From assembly GCA_963813815.1 (NCBI GenBank), contig CAWFAD010000010.1, forward strand, positions 64,001-128,000: a stretch of 64,000 bases of DNA. Direction: 5' to 3'. This document shows, piece by piece, positions 31,706 through 41,493 of the stretch. Each line of letters starts with the position of its first letter. Within the stretch, counting starts at the first letter, position 1. The notes under the pieces were generated by a model. It saw nothing but the letters and a program-made list of their open reading frames with translations, was not told the origin of the DNA and searched no databases. This DNA is from an uncultured bacterium (GTDB lineage: Bacteria > Krumholzibacteriota > Krumholzibacteriia > Krumholzibacteriales > Krumholzibacteriaceae). Made by a program: the position numbers and the translations under genes.

Positions 31706-33046
31706 CTATTCCTTGAAGACGAATTCCTCGGCGCCGATCGCGATGAGATCCTCGCGCTCGAGGGTTTTTTCGTCCGTTTCCTCGCCGTTGATCCGGATGC
31801 GCCCGCGTCCCTTCGCGTGGAGCACGTAATCGGCTCCCGAACGCACGATTTCGACCCGCACGCGCGGGGCGAAGAGTCCGCGGAGCCGTATGTCGGCGTC
31901 CCTGGCCCTGCCGATCACCGTCGTATCCTTCCGTATGTGGTAGTCGTTCATCGCCGACCTTCTGAACAGGCGCGGCGCCGGCGGCGGCGCGGTCCGGACG
32001 GAAGCTTCGGGCACCGGGGCGACGCCGTCGCGGAAATGCGGAATGATGATCGTCTGGTCGAACTCCTCGGGCACGACGCCCTCGTGGGTCGGAAGCTGAA
32101 ACAAGAGGTCGTATTTTCCTATCGTGATGACGTCGCCGTCGGCGAGGGGCGCCGACGTGACGGGGGCGCCGTTCAGCAGGGTCCCGTTCTTGCTTGCGAG
32201 ATCGCGGACGCGGTACTCGTCGCCGTCGGCCGAGACGGCGGCGTGCGCGCGGGATACGCTCAGATTATCGATCACGATGTCGTTGTCGGGGAGGCGCCCG
32301 ATGGTGAGCTCCGCCGCGGACAGCGAATAGGTCTTGAGAGGCCGCCCCTTGAGCCGTACGACGAGCCGCGGGGGCTGGCTCAGGTAGTAGGACGAGATCG
32401 ATCCGGCGAACCCGGCGGGAAGGGATCGCATGTCCTCCGCGTGGGTGACGGAGAGATCGCCGAAAAGATTGATCTCGAGCGGATGCTTGGCCGATATCGT
32501 GTAGACGGTGACGAGAAAGTCCTCGCGCGGATCGCATCCCCGCCGCGCCGCGTCGAGGCGATCGTGGTAGCAGGCGACCGCCACGCCGTCCTGGTAGCGG
32601 AGCACGACGAGGGTCGCCTGGTCGCGCGCGGTGAGAACCGCGCTCGAGCGCTCCTTCTTGATCCGGTCGAGGAGCTCGTCGAGATCGACGAGGGTCGAGG
32701 CGACTTTGAGATCCGGTTTCTTTTGTCCCCATACGAGGAGCGAGTGGAAGAGCGCCATGTCGGCCCGGTACGCGACGACCTGAGGGAACTGCATCCGCCG
32801 CAGACGGCTGAAGAACTCGCGGATCGGGATGGAGCGCGATCGTTCGCCGTCGTTGGCCGATATCCAGTAGAGCTGCCCGTCGCTCAGAAAGAGAAGGTAC
32901 TGCATGTCGACGCTCGCGACCTCGATCACGACGGGCGCCGCGCGGCTCGCCACGAGCTGCTCGAGGCAGAGGGCGTCGAAATCGGCGGGATCGAGATCCC
33001 GCGGCTCGAGCAGAACGGACCGATACGGTATTTGCAGACGTACCAT
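31706..33046 (-). CDS. Protein with two FHA domains and an uncharacterised N-terminal domain
   Basis: IGRLPDNDIVI...VSRAHA...DLASKNGT..NG; second, degenerate FHA IGRARDADI...INGE. Confidence 0.85.
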   Translation of the reverse strand: MVRLQIPYRSVLLEPRDLDPADFDALCLEQLVASRAAPVVIEVASVDMQYLLFLSDGQLYWISANDGERSRSIPIREFFSRLRRMQFPQVVAYRADMALFHSLLVWGQKKPDLKVASTLVDLDELLDRIKKERSSAVLTARDQATLVVLRYQDGVAVACYHDRLDAARRGCDPREDFLVTVYTISAKHPLEINLFGDLSVTHAEDMRSLPAGFAGSISSYYLSQPPRLVVRLKGRPLKTYSLSAAELTIGRLPDNDIVIDNLSVSRAHAAVSADGDEYRVRDLASKNGTLLNGAPVTSAPLADGDVITIGKYDLLFQLPTHEGVVPEEFDQTIIIPHFRDGVAPVPEASVRTAPPPAPRLFRRSAMNDYHIRKDTTVIGRARDADIRLRGLFAPRVRVEIVRSGADYVLHAKGRGRIRINGEETDEKTLEREDLIAIGAEEFVFKE

Positions 33047-33070
33047 CGCTCGGGTCCCCCGAACCCGGCG

Positions 33071-34207
33071 CTATTTCACCTCGGCGTGGAAACGCCTGAG
33101 GTTGCGCCGTGCCTTTTCGTTCGCCGGGTCGATCTCGAGGGCCTTCTTCCAGGCCTCGATCGCCTCGTCGACCCGCTTCATCTTGTAGTACGCGTTGCCG
33201 AGGTTCGTGTACGCGGCGGCGTTGTCCTTGTTGCGGCCGATCGCCTCGTTGTACATCTCTATCGCCTCCGAGTACGATCCGAGGCGGTAGAAGACGAACC
33301 CGAGGTTGTTGTACGCGGCCGCGAGCTCCGGCTCGATCTCGATCGCCTTTTTGAAGGCCTCCGTCGCCAGCTTCGGCTCGTTCATCTCGGTGTAGGTCAG
33401 TCCGAGGTTGTTGTACGCCTCGGTCATCACCGGATCGATCTCGACCGCCTTGCGGAACATCTCGAGCGCCTTCTCGTACTGGCCGTTGTGGTACGAGAGA
33501 ACTCCGGCGTTGTTGATCCGCCGGGCCTCGGAGGTGCGGCGCTTGCGCCCCTCTTCCTCGAGGTTCCGCTTCTGGTACTCGACGATCTGCATGATTCCCT
33601 GGTGGCTGCGCGAGAGCTCGCCGACGATCTGGCGGTTCTCGACGAAACCCTCCTCGAGCTTGTCCATACGCGCGGCGAGCGCGTCCTTCCACGCCGTGAT
33701 TTCGCCGCGAAACGCCGCGATGGATTCGGCGCTCGCTTCGATCTTCCGCTCGATCTCCTCGCTGCGCGCGTCGAGCGTGAGGGAAAAGGCGTCGAACGAC
33801 TCGTCGCGCTGTTTCGCCGTCGCGCCGATGGCCTCGCGAAGCTCGTCGAGCGCCCGGCCGGCGTCGGCGCGGGCGGCGCCCTCGGCGCCGGAATCGGCCG
33901 CGGGGCGGGAGAACACGCTATCGAAGCGGCATCCGTTGGCCTCGGCGTCGTGGAACCGGCAGAGCTCTCCGAGGCATTCCACGCGTCCGCGGTACGCCTT
34001 GGCGATGAAGCGCACGGCCGAGGCCGTCTCTCCGCCCGCCGGCGCTCCGGCGTTCGCCTTCGGCTCGGGATTGATGAAGAGCGGATCGCCCGTCGCTCCC
34101 GGTTCCGGGTGATCCGGGGAGGATGCCTCGACGTCGTCCGGCTCGCGGACGAGCACGTCCTTGTCCTCGAGAATGCACGTCTGAGTGACGAACGGGCAGA
34201 TCTTCAT
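33071..34207 (-). CDS. TPR protein with N-terminal Cys cluster and coiled coil
   Basis: Repeated AYNNLG TPRs; N-terminal MKICPF..C and CLGELCRF....GC. Confidence 0.85.
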   Translation of the reverse strand: MKICPFVTQTCILEDKDVLVREPDDVEASSPDHPEPGATGDPLFINPEPKANAGAPAGGETASAVRFIAKAYRGRVECLGELCRFHDAEANGCRFDSVFSRPAADSGAEGAARADAGRALDELREAIGATAKQRDESFDAFSLTLDARSEEIERKIEASAESIAAFRGEITAWKDALAARMDKLEEGFVENRQIVGELSRSHQGIMQIVEYQKRNLEEEGRKRRTSEARRINNAGVLSYHNGQYEKALEMFRKAVEIDPVMTEAYNNLGLTYTEMNEPKLATEAFKKAIEIEPELAAAYNNLGFVFYRLGSYSEAIEMYNEAIGRNKDNAAAYTNLGNAYYKMKRVDEAIEAWKKALEIDPANEKARRNLRRFHAEVK

Positions 34208-34228
34208 GGTCGTTCTCCTTTGCTCCGT

Positions 34229-37200
34229 CTAGATCGATTCCGTTTTTACGATCGCGCACGCCGGCTCCTCGCACGATTCGGCGATGAACGCGGCGTAGTT
34301 GCGCGTCGAACGTTCGTGGCTGTCGCCGGGCGCGCCGGCGGCGGCGGCCGCCGCGAAGACGGCCGCGGCGCGGCCATGGTCGCCCGCGCGCTCGCGGGCG
34401 ATCCCCTCGAGATAGAGGGTGTCGAGCTTCATATCGGGAGAGAGAGAGTCGTTCCCCGCCGCTCCGGCGAGCGCCGCGCACGCCAGCACGGGCCGGTCCA
34501 TGGCGAGGTAGATGCGGCCGAGCAGCAGCGCGCGCGTTGCTTTCGGCACGGCGCTCCACAGAATCGTTTCGAGCGCCTCGGCGGCCCGTCCCCGATCGAT
34601 GAGAAGGCCGACGAGGAGCTCCGTCGCTCCGGAGAAGGCCGGCGCGGCGGCGACGCGGGAGGAGAGCGCGGCGATCATGCGGTCGGCCCACGCCAGGTAC
34701 GAGCGCTCGATGCGGGCGTAGACGGGCGATCGGTCCGGCGCGGCGGCGAGCGCCTCTTCGAAGATGCTCACCGCTCGCTCGGTTTCGCCCGCGCCGTGCA
34801 GGATCTCGGCGAGCTCCATGGTGAGGTCGAGCGCGTCTTCTCCGCCGAGCGTGCGTCTGCCCTCGTCGATGCGGCTCTGGGCCTCGTCGAGCCTTCCCGC
34901 TCCCGCGAGCAGCGAGGCGCCGAGAGAAAAGTGCTCGCGGCGCGGAGCGCGGGCGATGAGCGCGGAGATGCGGGAGATGATTTCGCCGAGGAGGATCGTG
35001 TCGGGGGCGGTGAACGAGGCGACGAGCGAGAACGCCTCGTCGAGGCGCCCCGCGGCCGTCAGGCAGTCGACGGCGAGGAGCGTCTTCGCGGAGGCGGTCT
35101 CGTCCGGCCACCGGTGTCCCTCGATCGCGGCGATGACGCCGTCCGCGCACGCCCCGTCGCGCTCGAGCGCCGCGCGGAGATGCGTGAGCGCCTCCGCGTG
35201 CCGGCCCGCGCGGGCCATGAGCGCGCCGTATCGCGCGAGGAACGCGCCGTCCCCGCCGTGCGCCGGCAGGAAGGGTTCCACGATCGTGGCGAGGCGCGCC
35301 GCGTCGGCCGTTTCGTCGGCCATGAGGCGGGCGAGCGCGTCGCGCGAGCGGGCCGGATCGCCCGCATCGAGGTGGAGGCGCGCGAGGAGAACGTTCGCGT
35401 CGAGTTGCGCCGGGGACGCGGCGATGATGCTCTGGAGAACGTCGCTCGCCGCCGGCGCGAGACCCCTGTCACGATCGAGAAGGGAGGAGAGCAGGGCAGA
35501 GGCTTCTCCGTATCGCTCCTCGAGCGTGAGAATGCGCGCGTGGAGAAGGCCGAGGCTTCCGTCTTCCGGCGCGGCCGCGCGGACGCGGTCGAGCGAGGCG
35601 GAGAAATCCGCGAGCGACTCGCGGGGGCCCCGCTCGGCGGAGGCGAACAGACGGAGCGCCTCCTCGCGGTTTCCCTCGAACCAGACGATCTCGCCGAGGA
35701 GCACGGCGAGGATCCATGGCTCCACGCTGAGCGGCAGCAGCCGCTGGAGGGTCGTTTTGACGAGGGTTCGGCGGTCCGGCGAGAGCTCGAGGCACCGCCG
35801 GAACGCGGCGACGGCCTCCCGTTCCCGGGCGAGCCGCGCGAGCGACTGGCCGAGCAGGAAGTGCGCGCGGGGTTCGCCCGGATCGCGTTCGACGAGGGCG
35901 CGAAGCTCGACTTCGATCCCGCGGACGTCCGGCTGCTCCGCCTCGAGAGCGATTTCGAGGCAGCGGAGCGCCTCTTCATAGGCGCCCTCGGCGACCGAGA
36001 TGCGCGCGCCGTGGATATGGAGGGCGGCGGCCGCTTCGATCGGCAGGGCCGAGACGGCGCGCTTCATGATTTCCTTGGCGAGGTTCGTCCGGTGCACGGA
36101 GAGCGAGGTCGCGATCATCGTCTCCCAGACAGCCACGTTATCCGGCTCGAGCTCGACGAGCCGGTCGAACCGCTGCATGATGTCGCGTATCTGGCCCGGT
36201 TCGATCTCGAGCGCGCGGCAGAGGTGGCGCGCCGCCTCCGCGGGCGACTGCGCGTCGAGGTAGAGATGGTAGAGGGCGATATGAAGAGCCGCGCTTTCGC
36301 CGGAACGGGCGATCGCGCCGCGATAGAGATCGATGACCTTTCCGCGGAGACCTTCGTCGAGCATCATGAGCTGGTCGAATTCGAAGACGGCCCGTTCGAT
36401 GTCCCCGATCCGCAGGTGAGCCGCGGCGCGCGCGAAGCGGAGCGGCGGAGAGAGCTCCTCCCCGGCCGCCATGGCGTCGAGGAGGCCCGCGAGGAACCGT
36501 GAACGCTCCCCGTCCTCGCCCGCGAGATCCGCGAGCTCGGCCGCGAGGGGTTCGTGCTCGCCGCCGCCGTCGCGGCAGTACGCCGCGAGGTGGGGGAGCG
36601 CCTCGTCGATCGCGCCGCGCCGCATGGCGATGTCGATCGCGGTGGCGACGCCGGCGAGGGAGACTCCGCAGCGCCGCATGATCTCTCCGGCGAGCCGCAT
36701 GAGATCCTCCTCGGGGAGGCCTCCGACGCGCCTGAGGAGCCCGAGCGACTCCTCCGCGCTCTCGCGGTCGCCGAGCCGCGCGTAGAGCTCGCCGAGAAGC
36801 ATGACGAGCCTCGGATCGCGCTCCGCCGGGGGCGCCGTGAGCGCCTTGATCGATTGGACGAGGCCGGGCACCGCCGTTTCGTCGCCGTCCGCGGCGAGAC
36901 GCGCGGCGCGCGCCGCGTCTTCCATGCGGCCGGAGGCGGCGTAGAGGCGCGCGAGGAGATTCTGGCCCGGCGCGGACGGCGCCTTCGCCTCGCGCGGTTC
37001 GAGCCAGGCGACGACCTCGTTCGCTCGGCCGGGATCCCGCTCGAGGGAGGTCTCGAGGGCTGCGACCGCGTCCTTCATTTGTCCGATGGCGGCGGCGGCG
37101 TCGGCGTAGAGAAAAGCGACGGGACCTTCGGCGAAAACGTCCGCCGGAAGGATGGCGAGCCGGCACGCGACGCGCCGGCACCGCTCGTCGCTCGAAACGG

Positions 37201-38092
37201 CGGCGTCCCCGTCGCCCGCGGCGGTTCCACGTTCCATGTAGCTTTTGATCGCCGAGGCGCCTTCCGCGAAGCGCCGGGCGCGGATGAGCGCCTCTCCCAC
37301 GAGCAGGAGCCCGTTCGGAACCGATTGCGGCGCCGCCTCGAGCGCTCCGAGAATGCCTTCCACGGGGGCGGACGGGCGCTCCAGGCACTGGAAGAAACGC
37401 GTTTCCGCCTTGTCCGGATGTCCGAGCCGCAGGGAGGCGAGGGCGACGTAAAACTTGACGGCGGCGCTTCCGGGAAGCTCGCTCTCGAGCCTGAGGAGAG
37501 CCTCTCCGATGGGCCGCTCGTCGCCGGGAAGGAGCTCGAGCGCGGCGCGCAGCATCTCGGCCGATTTCTCGTACTGCTTCGCTTCGCGGTACAGCACGCC
37601 GAGCAGCAGCGCGTTCTCGCCGTAGAGGGCGGATCGCTCCTGACCTTCCGAGGCGAGATTGCGCGAGCGCGCCTCGCCGCGCTTCAGGAGCTCGCTCCTG
37701 AAGGATTCGGGGGCGGAGCCGGCGAGATGGGCGATCGTCTCGAAATCTCTGGCCTTGAGCTGCACGTCGACGATGAAGGCGCCGACGAGCGTGCTTCCCG
37801 AGCGCGAGAACGCGCTCCGGGCGCACTCCATGATCTCGTCGCGCCTCGCGCCGTGCCGCCGGTGCGCGTTCTTCAGGAGGTTGGCCGCCTGCGGATAGTC
37901 CGAGAGCTCGAGGGAGGCCTGAATCGCCTCCATCGCGAGGTCGTAGTCGTTCGGCCACTTTTCGAGAGCCTCGAGCGCGTGCTGGCGCGCCTTCGCGAGC
38001 TCGCCGCGCTCGCGGTCTTGCAGCACTCTCTTGAGGGCCCGTTCCTGCGTGAGGAAGATCGACCCCGACACCATTTCACCGATGTTCGCCAT
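34229..38092 (-). CDS. Large TPR-repeat protein (1287 aa)
   Basis: Many helical repeats (e.g. AHFLLGQSLARLAREREAVAAFRRCLELSP); co-oriented with the operon. Confidence 0.8.
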   Translation of the reverse strand: MANIGEMVSGSIFLTQERALKRVLQDRERGELAKARQHALEALEKWPNDYDLAMEAIQASLELSDYPQAANLLKNAHRRHGARRDEIMECARSAFSRSGSTLVGAFIVDVQLKARDFETIAHLAGSAPESFRSELLKRGEARSRNLASEGQERSALYGENALLLGVLYREAKQYEKSAEMLRAALELLPGDERPIGEALLRLESELPGSAAVKFYVALASLRLGHPDKAETRFFQCLERPSAPVEGILGALEAAPQSVPNGLLLVGEALIRARRFAEGASAIKSYMERGTAAGDGDAAVSSDERCRRVACRLAILPADVFAEGPVAFLYADAAAAIGQMKDAVAALETSLERDPGRANEVVAWLEPREAKAPSAPGQNLLARLYAASGRMEDAARAARLAADGDETAVPGLVQSIKALTAPPAERDPRLVMLLGELYARLGDRESAEESLGLLRRVGGLPEEDLMRLAGEIMRRCGVSLAGVATAIDIAMRRGAIDEALPHLAAYCRDGGGEHEPLAAELADLAGEDGERSRFLAGLLDAMAAGEELSPPLRFARAAAHLRIGDIERAVFEFDQLMMLDEGLRGKVIDLYRGAIARSGESAALHIALYHLYLDAQSPAEAARHLCRALEIEPGQIRDIMQRFDRLVELEPDNVAVWETMIATSLSVHRTNLAKEIMKRAVSALPIEAAAALHIHGARISVAEGAYEEALRCLEIALEAEQPDVRGIEVELRALVERDPGEPRAHFLLGQSLARLAREREAVAAFRRCLELSPDRRTLVKTTLQRLLPLSVEPWILAVLLGEIVWFEGNREEALRLFASAERGPRESLADFSASLDRVRAAAPEDGSLGLLHARILTLEERYGEASALLSSLLDRDRGLAPAASDVLQSIIAASPAQLDANVLLARLHLDAGDPARSRDALARLMADETADAARLATIVEPFLPAHGGDGAFLARYGALMARAGRHAEALTHLRAALERDGACADGVIAAIEGHRWPDETASAKTLLAVDCLTAAGRLDEAFSLVASFTAPDTILLGEIISRISALIARAPRREHFSLGASLLAGAGRLDEAQSRIDEGRRTLGGEDALDLTMELAEILHGAGETERAVSIFEEALAAAPDRSPVYARIERSYLAWADRMIAALSSRVAAAPAFSGATELLVGLLIDRGRAAEALETILWSAVPKATRALLLGRIYLAMDRPVLACAALAGAAGNDSLSPDMKLDTLYLEGIARERAGDHGRAAAVFAAAAAAGAPGDSHERSTRNYAAFIAESCEEPACAIVKTESI

Positions 38093-38302
38093 AGTTATAC
38101 CGATGCGATTGAATCCACGATATTGTCAGCGAAATGCGTACCATTCGCCGGGGGCGGCGCCGGCTTCTTTAATCGTTGATAAATCGCGAGGTTAGATGTA
38201 CAGTATGCGGGGGGCGGCTCGAGGTAAGCCCCTGTCAACGTTGCAATTTGCGAGGACGGCGATCCCATGCTGCCACGCCGCGCGGCAGCCTCGGAGGGTT
38301 TC

Positions 38303-38683
38303 ATGGCGGGACGGTACCTGATCGCGACCGAGATAACGTTCTCCGCTTCGCACGCCTTGCGGGCGTACCGGGGAGACTGCGCCCGCGTGCACGGGCACAA
38401 CTGGATCGCGCGCGTCTGCTACGAGTTCGATCGTCTCGATGACGAGGGGCTCACGGTCGATTACCGGGAGCTTCGCGCGGCGCTCGAACGGGTCATCCTG
38501 CCGCGCTTCGATCATCGCCACCTCAACGAGGTCGCCCCGTTCGATCGCGTCAACCCGACCTCCGAGAATATCGCCGCCGAGATCTATAGGATCTGCCGCG
38601 CGGAGATCTCCCTCGGCGGCGCGCTCCGCGAGGTCGAGCTCTGGGAATCTCCGACGGACATGGTGCGCTACCGTGAGGATTGA
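38303..38683 (+). CDS. queD: 6-carboxy-5,6,7,8-tetrahydropterin synthase
   Basis: FSASH, CARVHGHNW, DHRHLN, NPTSENIA, WES. Confidence 0.93.
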   Translation: MAGRYLIATEITFSASHALRAYRGDCARVHGHNWIARVCYEFDRLDDEGLTVDYRELRAALERVILPRFDHRHLNEVAPFDRVNPTSENIAAEIYRICRAEISLGGALREVELWESPTDMVRYRED

Positions 38684-39367
38684 CCGGGGGTCGCCGGGAC
38701 GCGCCCTCGCGCTGCTCTCGGGGGGCTCGATTCCACCGTCGCGCTCGCGATGGCCGTCGAGCGCGGTCCTCGACCCGTCGCGGCGCTCTTCTTCGACTAC
38801 GGCCAGCACGCGGCTCGCCGCGAGGCGGCGGCCGCGCGGTGGATAGCGGCGCGGTACGGCTGCGCCTTCGAACGCGTGGCGCTCCCGTGGCTCGCCCGCG
38901 AGTCGGGATCGTCCCTCATTGCGGGAAAGGGCTCGCCGCCCCGGTGGCGGCGCTCGAGGCTCGCCGACGCCTCCCCGCGCGGTGTCTGGGTGGAGAACCG
39001 CAACGGCATCTTCATCGCCATCGCCGCGCTCTACGCGGCCGAAAGGGGCTGCGGCACGGTGATCGTCGGCTTCAACCGCGAGGAGGCGCGCGCCTTTCCC
39101 GACAACACGGAGCGATTCCTCCGGCGCGCGAACGACGCGCTCGAGCTCTCCGTGCGCGCGGCGGTCCGCGTCGCGAGTCCGACGGTCCGTCTCACGAAGC
39201 GCGGGATCGTGCGGCGGGGAATCGAGCTCGGCGTGCCGTGGAGCCGCCTGTGGAGCTGCTATCGCGGCGCGGCGCGGATGTGCGGATCGTGCGAGTCGTG
39301 TCTTCATCTGCGGAGGGCCGTCGCGGGAACCGAGGCCGAGCGGCTCGTCCGTTTTGGAAAGGAATAG
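38673..39367 (+). CDS. queC: 7-cyano-7-deazaguanine synthase (one G missing in the run at 38720-38725)
   Basis: LLSGG/LDST across the frameshift, FDYGQ, WVENRNGIF, FPDN, WSCY...CGSCESC. Confidence 0.9.
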
Positions 39368-39369
39368 CC

Positions 39370-39951
39370 ATGGCATCCGGCTCCTTCGGGCTCGTCCAGA
39401 CGGCGTTTCTTCCCGGCGCGACCGCGTACACGGGAGCGGAGCTCCGGAGCCATTACGTTCGGGAGCGCGGGCGCATCGAGAGCGACGGGCTCATCGCCTT
39501 CATCGGCCCCTGCGGCGTCGGGAGCGACCGCCTCGTCGATCTCGAGGACGCGGAGGCCGGCAGCTCGATCGTGAGCGCGCGTATGGTTCATTTCATCGGC
39601 GAGCACTTCCAGTGCTCTCTCCGCGAGGCGAATCTCCGCCTGCGCCTGCTCGTCTCGATCGCCGCCGGCGCGCTCTCGGAGATGGCGCCGCGCTCCATGG
39701 TCGTCCGTCGCGGCGACGACCTCTTCGCGGGAGACCGGAAGCTGAGCGTCGCGATCGCCACGGCCACCCCCGTCTCCGCGGTGTTTCATTTCGGCGTGAA
39801 CGACGATCCGCAGGGCGCTCCCGTCAAGGCGATCGGTCTCGCCGAGCTCGGCGTGGACGCGCGCTCGTTCGCGCTCGCCCTGCTCGATCGCTACGCCGCC
39901 GAATGCGAATCGATCGAGCGCGCGCTGCGAAAGGTGAGGGGGGTTCCGTGA
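39370..39951 (+). CDS. DUF366 family protein
   Basis: YTGAELRSH, AFIGPC.V...VDLED, MVHFIGEHF, RRGDDLF...KLSVAIAT, HFGVN. Confidence 0.8.
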   Translation: MASGSFGLVQTAFLPGATAYTGAELRSHYVRERGRIESDGLIAFIGPCGVGSDRLVDLEDAEAGSSIVSARMVHFIGEHFQCSLREANLRLRLLVSIAAGALSEMAPRSMVVRRGDDLFAGDRKLSVAIATATPVSAVFHFGVNDDPQGAPVKAIGLAELGVDARSFALALLDRYAAECESIERALRKVRGVP

Positions 39952-40691
39952 TCGCCGGGGCGGAGGGATACGTTCACGAGATCTTCCGTTCGATTCAGGG
40001 AGAGGGTCCCTGGGTCGGCGTGCTTCAGGCCTTCGTGCGGCTCGGCGGATGCTCGGCGCGGTGCCGCTACTGCGACACGGCGGCGGCCCGGGAGCGCTCT
40101 CCGTCGTGCGTGCTTCGCGGCGAGGGCGGGCCGAGGAGCGTTCCGAATCCGGTGGGCTCCGATGAGGTCGCCTCGTTCGTTCGGGCGCTCGCGAACGCCC
40201 CCGGGTTCCATTCGCTCAGCGTGACCGGCGGGGAGCCGCTCGAGCAGCCGGAGTTCGTCGCGGCGCTCGCCGCGCGCTGTCGCGAGGCGGGAATCCCCGT
40301 TTATCTCGAGACGAACGGCCTCTCCGTCGAGGGAGCCCGCGCCGTGGCCGGCGCCGTCGATTTCGTCTCGCTCGACATCAAGCTTCCCTCGCTCTGCCCC
40401 GGCGTATCGCTCGAGACCTACCGCGAGGTGCTTCCCCTCTGGACGGGCGCGCGGCTCTTCTGCAAGATCGTCGTCGCGGAAGGCTTCTCCATGGAAGAGC
40501 TCGCCGCGGCGGCGAACATCGTCGCGGAGCACGACCGCGGCACGACGGTCGTCATCCAGCCCGCGACCGCGACGGCGGGATGCAGACCGGTCGGCGCCGG
40601 CGAGCTCATGGCATGCCACGAGATCGCCTCGCGCAGTCTCGACGATGTCCGTGTGATTCCTCAGTGCCACCGCATTCTGGGGCTCGCGTAG
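39948..40691 (+). CDS. queE: 7-carboxy-7-deazaguanine synthase (radical SAM)
   Basis: EIFRSIQGEG, FVRLGGCSARCRYCDT, TGGEPL, LETNG, RVIPQCH. Confidence 0.93.
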   Translation: MIAGAEGYVHEIFRSIQGEGPWVGVLQAFVRLGGCSARCRYCDTAAARERSPSCVLRGEGGPRSVPNPVGSDEVASFVRALANAPGFHSLSVTGGEPLEQPEFVAALAARCREAGIPVYLETNGLSVEGARAVAGAVDFVSLDIKLPSLCPGVSLETYREVLPLWTGARLFCKIVVAEGFSMEELAAAANIVAEHDRGTTVVIQPATATAGCRPVGAGELMACHEIASRSLDDVRVIPQCHRILGLA

Positions 40692-40701
40692 CAATAAAAA
40701 A

Positions 40702-40760
40702 CGCTGCGAGATGATACGATGCAGGGTCGGGTTCGTGAAGGCGGCGACCATCTCGCAGCG
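40702..40760. repeat. Perfect 12-bp inverted repeat (long hairpin), with a U-tract on the minus strand
   Basis: CGCTGCGAGATG ... CATCTCGCAGCG, preceded by AATAAAAAA. Confidence 0.6.
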
Positions 40761-41106
40761 CTCCCGAAAAAAGCAAGGGCTGTACCAATCGGGGCGCGAG
40801 GAGAGCGGGCGTCGGCGCAACGGCATGGCCGGAAACACGTTCCCCGGGAGGCGCATTTTTCGCGCGCCGTCCGGGCGCTCCGATGATTTCTCATCGTTCC
40901 CCGGCGGGTCTCCCGCCGGGAGCGCCGTTTCGCTCTTTTGCATGAGGGGCGTGCGCCGCTGCACGGCGCGAGCGCGCGGAAGCCGCCTCCTCAGAAAAAA
41001 CTTGACAAGCTTCTTGTCCTAAATTAAAAACTGTTATATAGTTGCGACCGATTCAACCGCATAGGGAGAGGATTCACAACCCTGGATTATTTCAAGGAGG
41101 CCCCAA

Positions 41107-41385
41107 ATGACGAAGGCAGAGATCGTGGAGAACATTTCCAGCAAAACAGGGTTGACGAAGAAGGAAGTGGCGGAGGCGGTCAACAAGTTCCTCGATTGCA
41201 TCGCGAAGGGCCTCGCCGAGGGAAAGCACTATGAAATCCGCGGGTTCGGGACGTTCAAGGTAAAGGCCCGCAAGTCCCGCATGGCCAGAAATCCGCGGAC
41301 CGGCGACGCGGTGCCCGTTCCCGATCGCAGGGTGCCCGTGTTCAAGGTGTCGCGCGAGCTCAAGGAGCTCGTCGCCCAGTCTTGA
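41107..41385 (+). CDS. HU/IHF family DNA-binding protein
   Basis: MTKAEIV...EIRGFGTF...ARNPRTG...PVFKVSRELK; AAGGAGG RBS; TTGACA at 41002. Confidence 0.95.
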   Translation: MTKAEIVENISSKTGLTKKEVAEAVNKFLDCIAKGLAEGKHYEIRGFGTFKVKARKSRMARNPRTGDAVPVPDRRVPVFKVSRELKELVAQS

Positions 41386-41493
41386 CGCCGGGTTCGCGCG
41401 TATTCTCAACCTTTTATAGATCCGTCGCTCCGTGAATCCCGCCGGGGAGCGGTGGATTTTTTTCGGAGCGGCGCGCCGGAGGCGCGGAGCGCA

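Noticed and set aside
38240..38302. preQ1 riboswitch upstream of queD
   Set aside because: Only a GCTGCC/GGCAGC hairpin; no preQ1 loop consensus or A-rich tail
38715..38730. Programmed frameshift or phase variation at G runs in queC, the HAD phosphatase, rsgA and larB
   Set aside because: Runs are short (6 or fewer) and scattered over unrelated conserved genes; sequencing indels are more parsimonious
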